From Rhizaria sp. SCN 62-66 (lineage: Eukaryota), in contig MEDY01000036.1 in assembly GCA_001724265.1 (NCBI GenBank), positions 124,001 through 185,085 of the forward strand: 61,085 nt of DNA. Reading direction: 5' to 3'. Made by a program: the position numbers and the translations under genes. This document shows positions 47,301 through 59,700 of this stretch, one piece after another (within the stretch, counting starts at the first letter, position 1; each line of letters begins with the position of its first letter). Below the pieces are notes generated by a model that was not told the DNA's origin, ran no database searches, and saw only the letters and a list, made by a program, of their open reading frames with translations.

Positions 47301-50300
47301 CGCCCGCCACCGCCGCTCATCTGTCGGCACACGCCGCGGCTACTTGCACGAGGCCCTCAAGCACTTACAGCCCTCCGGCGCCAATACTGCGACGTCTACG
47401 ATGACTGCGGCTAGGGCTGTGAATGGCTCGCGCCCGCCCCCGCTGGACCCGTGGGCGGTGGCCCCGCCGCTCGGCGCCGCGGCCACCGCGGCCGCGTCCT
47501 TCGCTGCAGCCGTGCTGTCCTCCGGCGCGTCCCCGCAAGACGTTGCTCTCCTCACGCACACGCCGCTGCCGCTGGGCGCGACGGCACCCGTGTCGTTGCG
47601 CGCCGCGCCCGCGCTGTTTCGCCGCGTGCGCTACAGCAACACGTCGCGCTCGGTGTACCTCTCCGGCGGCGGCACGCACGCGCACGCGCACGTGCAGCGC
47701 CGCCGCAACGCGCGCCGACTCCGCAACAGCAGCAGCAGCGCGAACATCAACGCTCACACCAACGCTGCGGTGCGGCTGCGCGGTGTCGGCGGCGGCGCGG
47801 CGGGGCTGGTGGCGAACCCGTACTCCGTGTACGACACGTCGGGCGTCTACCGCGGCGTCTCCGTCCTCAGTCCGAACAGAGACAAGGGCGCAAGCACACG
47901 CACTCGTGCCAGCTCCAGCGCTAGCAAGGCGAATCGTGGGGCTGCACCGAGTCATGGGGCCGCGGGTTGCTCGAGCGCTAACGGGTCCGTGGGCAGCAGC
48001 GGCAGCCGCGCGCCGTCTCTTTTCACACCGCGCTACCTCGGTCCGCTACACTCCGTCACTGGCGAGCTCGCGCCTCAGCCCTACATCACGCTCGCGCGCG
48101 CCGCCGCTGCTGCGGCCGTAGCGGCTGCGGCTGAGGCAGCGGCGCGCGCCCCGTCGCCGCGCGCGGACACGCTGTTCGGCTCGCTGTCGCCCAAGGCGTT
48201 CCCGCGCCTCAACATTCTGCAGTGGGGCAGCGACAGCAACGGCAACGACAACAGCAGCCACGCTAGCGCTACCGGTAACATGAGCAATACCAGTAGTCTT
48301 ATTGGCGGTCTTGTTGTCGACGACAAGGCTGCGAACGCGGGTCTGTCCTATGTGCAGCAGCATCTGCGCAACGAGGAGGCCAAGTATGATGCAGAGCAGC
48401 TGCAGAAGCAGCAACAACAGCAGCAGCGCGGCATTGCGACGGCCGCGCGGTCCGCAGTCACCGCGGCCCCCGCCGCGCTGTCTCTGACGCGCTCGCGCCC
48501 GCCTGCAGCCTCGTCGTCGAGCACCTCGGCCTGGGTGCGCCTCGGTCCCGGCTCTTCTTATGCGACGACGAACTGCGCCAGTGCGGAGACCGACGCAGAT
48601 GGCACTGGTCTCACTGCTGCTGCTGCCGCTCCTGCTGTTCACCGGAACAGCGCCACCACTGCGAACGGCCCCGCCTTCAGCTCTATCGCGGACGGCCGCG
48701 GCCGGCTGTCGCGCGCACGCTTTCTCTCCTCGGACCCCCGCGTGCGCGCGCGCCAGCAGGGCCGCTGGTACCGCGACCCCGAGACAGGTGCAATCGCACA
48801 GGCCGCGCCCTTTGAGCGCTGCATCGCCGCCGCTGCTGCGGACGCCGATGAGACGGCTGTGGCGGCGCCGTCGTCGTCCACCGCTACTACCACAGCTGCT
48901 GCGACGACCACCACCGTGACGGCGACGACGACGACCGCTGGCGGTGTCACTGCGAGCGCGACCGAGACGACACAGACTGCGCAGCAGCCGACTCATGCTG
49001 CAGCTGCGACAGCATCGACGGCCTTGGTGCCGCGCCGCACTGTGCACTACCCTCCGTCGCCGCCCCCGGCCTGGGTCGCCCCGTCCCCGCTGCTACCGCC
49101 GCCGCTGGTCAATGCCGCGGCCACGATCTACACGCACGGCACTGAGGCCTTTGCGGCCATGTGGCGCTCGATGGCCTCTGCGCAGCGCGAGATTCTGATC
49201 GAAACGTACGTGCTTGCGGCTGACGACACCGGCATGCGCACGCTGCAACTGCTCACGGCCGCCGCGGAGCGCGGCGTCGACGTCGTGCTGCTCTACGACG
49301 CATTCGGCTCTTCTTCTGAGCTCGTCGATTTCGCAGACTTCACCCCGCTGCTGCGCGCCGGTGGCCGCATCGTGTCATTCAACAGCGGCGTCACGCTCAC
49401 GCGGTCGCCCTTTTTCAGGAACCACCGCAAGAACCTAGTCGTGGACGCGCGTGTGGCCTTCACTGGCGGCATGAACACCAGCAACGAGTACAACTCGTGG
49501 ACTGCGGAGCACGGCAGCAGCTTCAATGACGTGCATCTCCGCGTCGTCGGTCCCTCGGCGCTCGATCTGCGCGCCAGTGTCATCGAGTCGCTCCGTGAGT
49601 GCGATTTCCCGACCGACTCTCTGATGCCGGCCGAAGCGGCTGCGGATCAGTCGATCGACGTATGGCGCGGGCCTGTGCCTGCGTTCGCGAAGAAGCAGAT
49701 CAAGGCGACCGGAAGCCGACTCGTCTGGCTACCGTCTTATACAGCCAGCAGCGCGATTAGTAGCTTAAGCAGCCCAGCGACTGATGCTGCGGCTGCTGCG
49801 AAAGCTGCACATTTGCTACCACAGTTGATCCCACCGTCGTCTCAGTTGCCGCCGGAGTTCGTGGTCGACATGGCGCTCCATGACGACCCGCGGCCCGTGT
49901 CGCACTGGCGCCGCGTCTGGGTGCGCGCGCCCCTCGCCGCCGCGCAGAAGGCCGCTCTCGACCAGCAGCTCGCGCTGCAGGTTGAGCAGGAGCGCGTTCA
50001 CAAGCAGCAGCGGCTGGCGCTGCTGCAGGCGCGCAGCTCCGGCGACCCCGCCGCGATCGCCGCCGCCAACGCCGCGCTGGCGACTGCGGCTGCGCACGCG
50101 GCACCGCACGCGCGCAACGCCAAGGAGGCGATCTCGCCGACGTGGGGCACGTTCTTCCGCTTCGAGCGCACGCTCAAGGAGCTGCGGTCCGTTTTCACCG
50201 GCAGAGGCCCGCTGGCGCTGGCGCGCGCCGCCGCCGACTGGCGCGCTCGGCGCCGGTCGGAGAAGCGGGCGCGGCAGCGCGTGGCGCGCGCGCAGGCTGA

Positions 50301-53300
50301 GATCGTGGCGAGCGCGCGCGCGCGGCAGCAGAGGCAGCAGCAGCAGTTGCTGCAGCAAGCGGTGCTGTCCGCTAATGCGGCCCCGACGACGACGACCCCC
50401 CCTGCGAATGCAAGCAGTCACACTGCGCAGAAGGTGACCGCTGCTGTTGACGCGAGCACGAACGTATCTGTGACTCCCGCGCCTGCTGTGGAAACTGCAT
50501 CGACACAAGTATTGACTTTGAGTCACGCGCCTCTGGCTCCAAGTGGCTCGAGAACCGTCGTGACTTCGACTGCGGCAGAACCTTCGCATCCGGCCGCAGC
50601 GACGCATGCGACGAGTGCTGGTGACTTGCCGTCTCGCGGTGCGCGCCCGCGTCGCGCCCCGCGACTGCTGCGTCTCTCGCCGTCGTCGCAGGCGCGTCTC
50701 CTGATTGGCAATGACTGCGAAAGCTTTGATGACCCTCATGATTCCAAGAGCATGGCTAGCTCAAGCACTGGGAACAGCGTCAAGGATGACAAGCATCGTC
50801 GAATCGTAATTGAGGACAGCGTGAGCCTCAATGTGCCGTCATCTGCTTCACATAACACTGACTTGTCTGTTTCTTCCACTCAGGCTCCTAAGGCTTCTGC
50901 TACTGCTGCTTCTAACGTCGTGCCTCAGACGACTGCCCCTGTTGCCTCCACAACAGCGTCAGCTGCAACGCAATCGACATCGATTCCTTCGGCTGCCCCC
51001 ACGAGCACGAACACGACTGGAGAGCTGCCGCAGCGCCACAAGCCTGCACAGCGCGCTTCGACTGCACTGCCCGTGGTCGCCACAAGTCCACCCAACGCGC
51101 TGCCCCCCGCTGTGCCCGCAACGGCAAAGCCCACGTTGACGCCTGACACTCCCACCGCTGCTGTCGCCCACTCCGCTCCGGTTGCTTCAGCAAGTTCTAC
51201 TGCTGCTGCGGCCACATCGTCTGTCACTCCTACGCACGCGACTGGGGCCGCACCCGCACACGCCTCTGTGCGCCAGCATCAGCCCGCACGTTCGCCCGCC
51301 CAGTCTTTATCGACTGTGTCCGCATCTGTGCACTCAGCTACACCTGCATCTACCCCTGCGCCAGCGCCTGCGCCCGCGCCCCGCGTGTGCTCCGCGTCCA
51401 CCCGCGCCCCCGCAGCGCCGGTCACCGTTGCCGACCAGCTCTTCTTTACCACCGGCATGACCAACGTGCGCGGCCTCGCCGGCAAGCCCCTGCGCGCGCT
51501 GCGCACCCTCGCGCCGGCGCCCGCGATCGCCGCCGTGGCCCTCGCCAGCGGCTGCGACGCCGCGGGCGTGGCCGTCACAGCCGCGGCGGTCGGCGCCGCG
51601 GTGGACGTGCTGCGCGCCGACGCCGACCTGGCGCGGCTGGAGGACCCCTCGGCGGCGGCGCAGCACGGCGGCGGCGCGGCGGGCCACGGCCCCGCGGTCG
51701 TCGTTTCCCCCGCGGCCGCGCAGTCGTCGCTGTCGCCCGCAGGCGGCGCGGTCGCGGGCTCCGCCGCCGCGGCCGCCGCCGCAGCCGCCGCGGCCGCCGC
51801 TGCCGAGGCCAAGCTGCCGCTGCCGCAGCGCGTGCGCCGCGCCGTGGGCCGCTGGGCCTCCGCGCGCGCCGTCGCGGTGACGCGGCTTTTCTTCGGCTCC
51901 ACCGGCGCCGCGCGGCCTCGGTACCCCGGGCGGCGTTACACCGCGCGCCGGCTCACGTACATCCTCACGGGACGCTTCGGCACCACCGCGCGCGGCAAGA
52001 ACAGCATCAGCAGCGCGAGCAAGAAGGGCGGCCCTTTGGGTGCGTCTGGCTCTGTTGCCGCCGTGTCACCTGGCGCTGTGGAGGCTGCGACAGCTGCTGT
52101 CTTGCGCGGCGCCGCCGACACGGGCAAGAGCAAGGGATTGTCCTCTCTGCGTGCGCGTGTGCACGAGTGCTACTCGGCGGCTCTGGCGACCGCGAAGTCG
52201 CGCGCCGTGGCTGCGGTCGCGCGCGGGGTTGCTGGCGCGTGGGCCGCGATGCCGCGCTGGGTGCGGGGCAGCAAGCTGGCTGCGAGCATGAAGGCGCGTG
52301 CCGATAAGACTGTCGCCGCGCTCGCCAAGTCCCGCTTCTGGGGCGATGGCTCGGACAAGTACACTGCCTCGCTTGGCGCATCTTGCTCTGGCCGCGATGG
52401 CGCGGCAGACTCTCTTGCCGCCGCAGCGCCGACCGGTGCTGCCGCGGCCGCCTTTGCCGAGGGCGTGCGCACCGCGGCCCTGCTCCCCGCAGCGCCGCTG
52501 ACGGCGATCAGCGTGCCACTGCAGACGCTGCAGTCGAACTCGGCGACGGGCGACCGCGCGATCCAGGCGTTCCTGCACCACGCCATCGCCATGGCGCGAG
52601 ACACGCTGTGCTTCACCAACCCGTATGTCGTGCCGCCAGAGTGGCTCAAGCAGGCGCTGTTTGACGCAGTCAAGCGCGGCGTCGAGGTCACGCTTCTCAC
52701 TGCAGGTACGCTTTTTATTTATTTATTTGAAATAACCATCCGTTTTTTTTTCTGTCTACATGTCATGTTATGTTTGATTTGATGTTCCTTCATTTCTATT
52801 CGTCATTTTCTCATGCGATCATTTGAGCTTTTCTTTTGATTTGACAGGCCCCTACTGCAGCGACGTGCCCGTGGTGCGCTGGGCGACGGTGCACACGTAC
52901 TCGCAGTACCTGGACAACGGCGTTCGAGTTTTTGAGTACAACGGCCCCCGCACTCTGCACGCTAAGACCCTCGTCATCGACGGCCAGATCGCCTGCGTCG
53001 GCTCCTTCAACCTGGATCTCTACTCGGCGCTGGTGAACCTCGAGACGATGGTCGTGATCCCGCCCACGGTCACCCCCGTCTCGCACCTGCATGCGCACCC
53101 GTCCGCGCATCCCGGCGGCGCCACCCACGCCGGCGGGCTCTCGGCCGCGGTGGCCACGGTCACCCCGCGCCCGCCCACGGTCACCAACCCCGTGGCGACA
53201 TACCTGCTGGAGAAGTTCCGGTCCGACCTGCACTCTTGCCACGAGGTCACCCGCACCGACCTGGCGGCGTGGCCGCTGTGGCAGCGCGCACTGGTCCGCA

Positions 53301-56254
53301 CTGCGCACTTCTCCGTCATCACCGTCTACCGCCTCGCCACCGTGTCCCCCCTGACGATCCTGCTGTCTGCCGTGGCCAAGGCGCGCGACGGCCTGCCCGC
53401 GCCGCCGGCCTCGGTCCGTCGCGCGCGCGCGCGCCGCCGCCGCGCTGAGCGGGTGCGTGCGCTCGGCCTCCGCTTCCGCCGCGGGCTGCTGCGCGCGTTG
53501 GGCACCGTCCACAGCGCCGCGGCGCGCATCCGCGCGGTTAGATCCTCGGTCGTGCCCCGCAGTGTCTCTGATGCCGAGGGCGGCGTCAGCGTCACCGATG
53601 GCGCTGCGGTTACGTCCGCGCCTGCCTCTGCGCTGGCGGGCGGCGCGGCCGCGTGGGTTGAGGGGCAGAGTAAGCGCATCCGCCGCGCTCTTGCCGCGGC
53701 TGCTGCGCTGGCGAAGAAGACCCGGTCGCACGCGTCTTCGTTCACCGCGAGCACCAGTGACGCCAGTAGTGTCGCTGTTGACGTTGCTGGTAGTGACAAG
53801 TCGGGGCACGGCCTCACGTTAAACAGCACGTCGTCGCAGCAGCACCAACATCAGCAGAGTCAGTCTGGCGCGGCCCCCATCACCGCTGCCGCCGCCGCGC
53901 TCGCCCGCGCATCCGCCGCCGTCGCCGCGCCGGCGCCCAGCAGCTCTCTCACCATCGACGGCGAGGAGGCCGCGCCCGTGGCATACGCGCCCCGCGTGCG
54001 GAACCACTTCTTCGCCGACATCTTCTCGCTGCTGGAGCTGGGCGCCATGCTGCGTGGGTCGCACCGCGCGCTCGAGTACGTGCTCTCGCTCTCGCAACAC
54101 AACGCGACCGGCCACGGCCGCAACAACGGCGGAAGCAACAGCAACAGCAGCAGCTCTTCTGCGGTTGTTGCGACCCCGCCCCCGCTGCGGTCCCCGCTAC
54201 CGCTGGTGCCCGCCCTCTCGATGTCGCTGTCCGCGCTCGCGCGCCTGGGGCTGCGCGGCGCGCGCGCCTCCGTGGTGGGGCCCGCAACGGTCGCCGGGCA
54301 TGGGCTCGGCCTAGTGTCAAACGTTGGCGTCGGCATGGGGCACGCGCGCGTCTGGCTGCCTGCTCCGAACGCGAGCTCTAGCGCGGTCGCTCATGCTCAA
54401 ACTAAAGCGGATAGCACGAACGCCGTGAATGCGAGCCAAAGTCAGAGTGCCAGTCCAGGTGCGAGTGCGCATACAGCTAGTGCGTTGGTGCCAGTGCGCG
54501 TGCCATATTTCCTGCCCCTGTCCGCGAACGCCATCTACCCCGCGGCGACAGTCACTCCCGTCCCCGCCTCCGCCGCGGCGGCCTCCGCTGCCGCGGCTCT
54601 CACCGCGGGCGGCGTTGTCCCCACTGGCTTCTCCCCCGCGCTGCCGCCGCCGCGCGCGCTGCCCATCGCCGCCGCGACCGCGGCCCCGCTCGTGGCGGCG
54701 TCATCGCTTGTCGCCGTCGTCGAGGCCGAGCTAGGCAAGGTGCACCGCGCCGCGTTCAAGGCCGCCGACGTCATCATCGCCACGCATAACAGGGCGCTGG
54801 CGGCGCACGCGCAGTCCCCGTACGCAGTCAGTGATGCCGGCGTCGGCGCCGCGTCGGCATGCGGGACCGTGGTGAGCGCCGCCGACTCTGCCGCAGCGCG
54901 CGCGCTCACCTGCAGCCAGGCGCCGTACGCGTCGGTCACGCGCGTGCTCGCGCTGGCCGCGGCGTCCCCGTCGCAGGCGCACTTCCTGCCCATGGCGCTC
55001 TCGTTGGCCGCGCCTATCGCGCCCGTGCTGGTGCCGGCGCCGCTGCTGCCGCGAGAGGCCAGGCCCGCGCGGGCGGTCTCCGGCAGCAATAGTACGGTCG
55101 CTGAAGGCAGTAACGGCTGCTGGACTGTCAACAGCTGCAAGCGCTCTGACACTGGCGCCGCCGCTGCGGGTGCGCTCGACTGCACCGCGGTCGCGGCTGC
55201 GACGATCGTGACTGACTGCGGCAGCGTCACCGCCGGTCTCGGCGGCAGTGGCGGCGAGGCAGGTTGCGTGACGGGCGGCGTGTTCCTCGTGACTGAGGAC
55301 GCGGTGGACCCCACGACGACGGCCGCAGTGGAGACGATCGCGCTGCCGTACGCGCTCGCAGCGACGCTCACGCACAACTCACAGCGCGCGCGCGCACTCG
55401 CGACGGCGCAGGCGGGCAGCAAGGCTAGCGGCCGGGATTCGAGCAAGACTCTTAGCGCTAGTGTAAGTACCTGCTTAGTCTATGGCCCCACGACCATGGA
55501 CGCTCTCGAGGCCGCAGTCGACGCTGCCGTCGTAATCACGCTCTCCGAGGCCAAGCCGTCGTCCAACGCGTCTGACGCGAAGGCATCTCCTTCACAGTCG
55601 CACACCGGCTTTGGCTCTGCAACCTCCGGCGCGGTGACTGTTGCGGAAGTTAGGCCACCCGCGAAGCGTGTGCTGCAGTCGCTGGCCTCACACCCCGGTC
55701 TGCGGGCCGCGGTGGCGGGTCAGGATGACGACGACGCCGAGGCCGGGGTTGGCGGCAAGCTCTGGACGCTCACCAAGCTCACAGGCAGAGTGATCGCACG
55801 CAAGGCAGGCCAGCTCTTCAGCACGCTTCTCGCCAGCGCCCGCTCCGGCTCCGGCTCTGGTAGCCGCGCCGGCGGTAGCTCGACCGAGTTGACTGTGGCC
55901 AGCGCGGCGGACCGCGAGGCAGACGCGGTTGGCGCGCAGGCCTACGAGCTCGCGGCCGACCTCGCGTGGCGGCTCGCCACAGCCTCGCAGCGGCAGCTCG
56001 ACCGCGCCAGATCGCGTGGGCGGCTGTGGGCGTACCGCACGACGCTCCCGCTGCGGCGCCAGCTCGCGCGTGCGGAGCGGCGCATCGTGCAGTGGCTACC
56101 TGTCGAGGAGCGCCAGGGGTACCGCAAGCAGCGGACGGACGCGCGCCGTCGCAAGGAGGAGGATGACGACGCCGCCGAGGAGGAGGAGGAAGCCCGTGAG
56201 GGCCGCGTCGGCAAGGGACGCATCGGCCCCAAGGAGAGCAAGTGGTTCTATTAA
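44361..56254 (+). CDS. PLD-superfamily (bacterial Cls-type) cardiolipin synthase-like protein, ~3869 aa, with probable mitochondrial presequence. Exons 44361-47110 (in-frame TAG at 46080-46082), 47253-52705, 52848-56254; stop TAA
   Basis: HKD1 RNHRKNLVVDARVAFTGGMN (49423-49446) preceded by AQREILIETY..D..G..L..AAERGVDVVLLYDAFGS. HKD2 TLHAKTLVIDGQIACVGSFNLD (52958-52981) preceded by FTNPYVVP..AVKRGVEV. Both introns join in frame. N-terminus MLRLRRLSRNAAAA is presequence-like. The 5' part of the model depends on reading through the TAG. Confidence 0.75.
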
Positions 56255-56715
56255 TGCTCAGCACGAGGTGATGCTGTGTTACAAGTTCCAACATGGACAA
56301 CTCTTGCTGTTTTCGTAATTTATTGAACGCGTCTAATGACGCACACAGTTATATATACCTTGATTATAATTTATTATTCACCAAATACATATCTACATCC
56401 GTGTTCAGTCTGTATTGTGCATTTTTTAATGTGAGCGTTATCCACGTATGCATGATTCACCCGCTTTCCCGGTGGCAAGGCAACGGTTGGCGAGCAACAA
56501 CTTTCGAAAGTTTGAAGTTTGAACACATGGGCTGCCTTGCAGAGTCGTCAAATAGTGATGCCACGGAGTAATAAGATGTGATCAATGGCATAAACATCGA
56601 GAATTAAATTATATTTTGAAATGACTTCTTATACATGCAGATATGCACCGAGGTAATTCGTGCCTCACTCACATCAATCCTGCCATTTCTCTCTCTTCCT
56701 TGTTGACAGCCCACG

Positions 56716-59700
56716 ATGTTCCCCGGAACCATGGGTCCCTCCCGCCCACCTACGACCTATCAAAACTATGGGGCTTCGGTGTCCGAGTCATCCGCAGCGA
56801 ACGAGCTGCTCGAGCAGGCCTTCGCGCTGCCGCTGACGCCGCACCACCTGGCTGTGGCGCTGCTTGTGCAGTCCTGCGGCGTCGACCGTACCATCGCGCG
56901 CACGCAGCTGCGCCGCCCACGCTCCGCGGACCGTGACCCCGCGACGGCCGTGGCTTTTGCCAAGCTCGCCGTCGCGCACCACCTCATCGCGCACGCGGAC
57001 TCGCTGCTCCTGCTCAACACCAACACCAACGCCAAGACCACTCAGAACATGAGCAGCTTTGCCAACACGGCGAACACGGAGGCGAGCGCGGGCAGTCGGG
57101 CGCGCGCCGGGATGACCTTTCTCCCTATTGCGGCGCACATGTTCCACACACTGCCACCGGCCTTCGCGGTGGCTGTGAGCCGCGTCATCTGCTCCGAGCT
57201 GGCCTCGCTCGCCGCGCCCTCGGCCGCCGCTCTGCCCCAGCTCGCGCTCGCGCCCCCGCCCACCGCCGAGCGCCCGCCCCCGCGCAACACCAACAGCAAC
57301 AGCAATGCCGCTGTGACTACTGCTCCGTCCGGGGCCCCGCTGGCGCTGCTGGTCTCCTCCCTCGTCGCCCTCACCGACGCCACCTCCTCGCTCTCCGCTC
57401 TCGGCGCGCAAGACGCCGTCACCGCCGCGGTCGCGCTGGCCGCGGTCCCCGCCGCCACCGCCGCCGCGCTGGCCGCGGGCGCGGTGCCGCCGCTTGCGGC
57501 GCACCCGTTCCATCTGCTGCGCGCCAACGCGCTTCACGCGCGCGCGCGCTCCGCCGCCTCCGTCGCCGCCTTCGGGGCCTCCGCGGCCGTGGCCGAGGCC
57601 GCCGCGGAGGACGTGGCCGCGGCGACGGCGACGCCCGTGCTCGTCCCGTTCGCGATGCCCTCTGTCTTCTCGGCATACTTGCGCGCGGTGGCGGCCCGGG
57701 CCGCGCGGCTGAGCCCCGCGTAGGCCGCGCTGCTCGCGGGCGCCCTGCGCGTCTACGCCGACGTTGACCTCGGCGTGGCGCGCGCGAGCGCCCACGGTCA
57801 CTCTGCTGCCCACGGTCAGTCTCAGTTGTGGAGTCTGCCTGAATTGTATCGCAACAGCACCACTGCGGCCACTGACTCTACGCGCAGCTCCAGCAGCGCT
57901 CGTTCCAGCTCGAGGACGAATTCGGCCAATGATGACGACGATGACGATGACGAAGAGTATGCGGAGTACAGCGGCTACGATGACTGCGGCAGCGACGACG
58001 ACGACGACTTGGACGGCGTCGCAGCCTGGCACGGCTCCCTCTTTCCCAGCACACTTGCACTGGGCAGCAGTCGCCCCACCGCCGCCGCTGTCGCCCCGCG
58101 GCTTCTGCGGACGCCGCTGCCGGTGTATCCGGCGCCGCACGCGCCGCAGTCGCTATGGCAGCTCCCCGTGCCCGCGCTTGCGCTCGCGCTGGCGGGGCTC
58201 GCCGCGCGCCCCGCGGCTCTGACCGGCCGCTGGTGCAGACACAGCAGCAGCACCACGAGCTGTGACTCCCGATCCCAGTTGCAGTCGCAGTCACTGCTCT
58301 CGTGTGTGCAGTTGGCGCTGGCGCAAGCCTTGCAGCCCCGGCGTCCGATGACGCAGGTCGCACTGCTCCGCAGTGAGGATCTTAACGACCTGCATGCAAC
58401 AACACACGCATGCGATGGCGGAAACAGTTGTGGTGGCAACAGCTCAGTGTACGCGTACTCGCCTCTAATCACACACCAACGCGCTCACACTTCATCGTCA
58501 CAGTTGCAGTCGCAGTCGCCGTCCGCAGCAGTGCTGCCTCCTGCGTTCGCCGCGTACATGGCCGCCGCCACCCACACGCACCGCCACCTCTCTGCCGCGT
58601 ACGCACGTGACTACGATTTCAACACCAGCAGCACCACACCAGTGGGCTCGTTCAACCGCAACACCGCCGCGCTGGTTCCGAGCCCAATCCCGTTCTCGCC
58701 CGCCGCGGCGCCCACCGTGCTGCTGCTGCTGGCGACGCTGCTGGGCCGGCGCCGGTCCCCGCGCGCGGCGCTCGCTAGGCTGGCCGCGCTCGCTCTCGCG
58801 CGCGCCAGCGAGGCGTCGCCGCTGTCGCAGGCCGCAGCGGCCGCCGCGTCCACCGCCGCCGCGGGCTTCCACAACAGCGACCTGCTCGCACACCGCCAGC
58901 TCGCGCTGTTGCTGCGCTCTGCGTCCAAGCAGCCCGCAGGCGCCGTTGCCGCGCTGCTGCGGGCCGCGGTCGCGCTGCGCGCCGGCGCCCCCGCCGCGGC
59001 CGCGGCCGACGCCGCGCTGGCCGTGGCGCTGGCCGACGCCTCGGTGCTGTCGACGCTGGGCACCGTCACCACGGCCGCCGCGGTGGGCGCCGCCGCGGGC
59101 GACCCTGCCGCGCGGCACTCGGGCGGCGCGTCCCCGGCGGGCGCCACGCCCGTGCTCGTCGCGGACCTGCCGCGGCTGTTGTCGGGCGCGCCGCCCGCGG
59201 CCGCGACGCCGCCCGCGCACCTGGCCGCGGCCGCGGGGGCGGGCGCCACGGCCGCGCGCGGCGGGCTGCGGCTGGGCTCGCTGGGCGGCGGCGTTCTGCC
59301 CGTCGTCGCGCTGCTGCCCGCGCTCGTCTCGCTCGCCACGCTCGCGCCCGTCACCGTCACGACGACGACCAACGCCAGTGCAGCCACATTCTCTGGCACC
59401 GGCGCTGCTGGCGCTGCTGGCGGAGGCGGCGGCGGCGGCGCGAAGGCGGCCGGGTACGCGCCCCCGCACGCGCACGGCGCGCGCGCGTTGCTGTCGCTCT
59501 CGGCGCTGCTCACGGTTTCCGCCGCGTCCACCGCCGTGGCGCTGCATTGGGCCGACCACCACCGGTGGACCGACGCGCTGGCCGCCAAGACCGCGCTGGC
59601 AGCGGCGGCGCAGCTAGCGGCCGAGGGGCTGGGCGCGGCTTTCGACCTCCTGCGCAGCAACGATGGCAAGACCGTCGCCGAGGCGATCACCGCCGTCACG

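Noticed and set aside
57715-57730. Pyrrolysine or classical leaky-stop context for the TAGs
   Set aside because: Pyrrolysine is not known in eukaryotes, and the 3' contexts (GCC GCG; CGC GCC) do not match the CARYYA or CUAG readthrough motifs.
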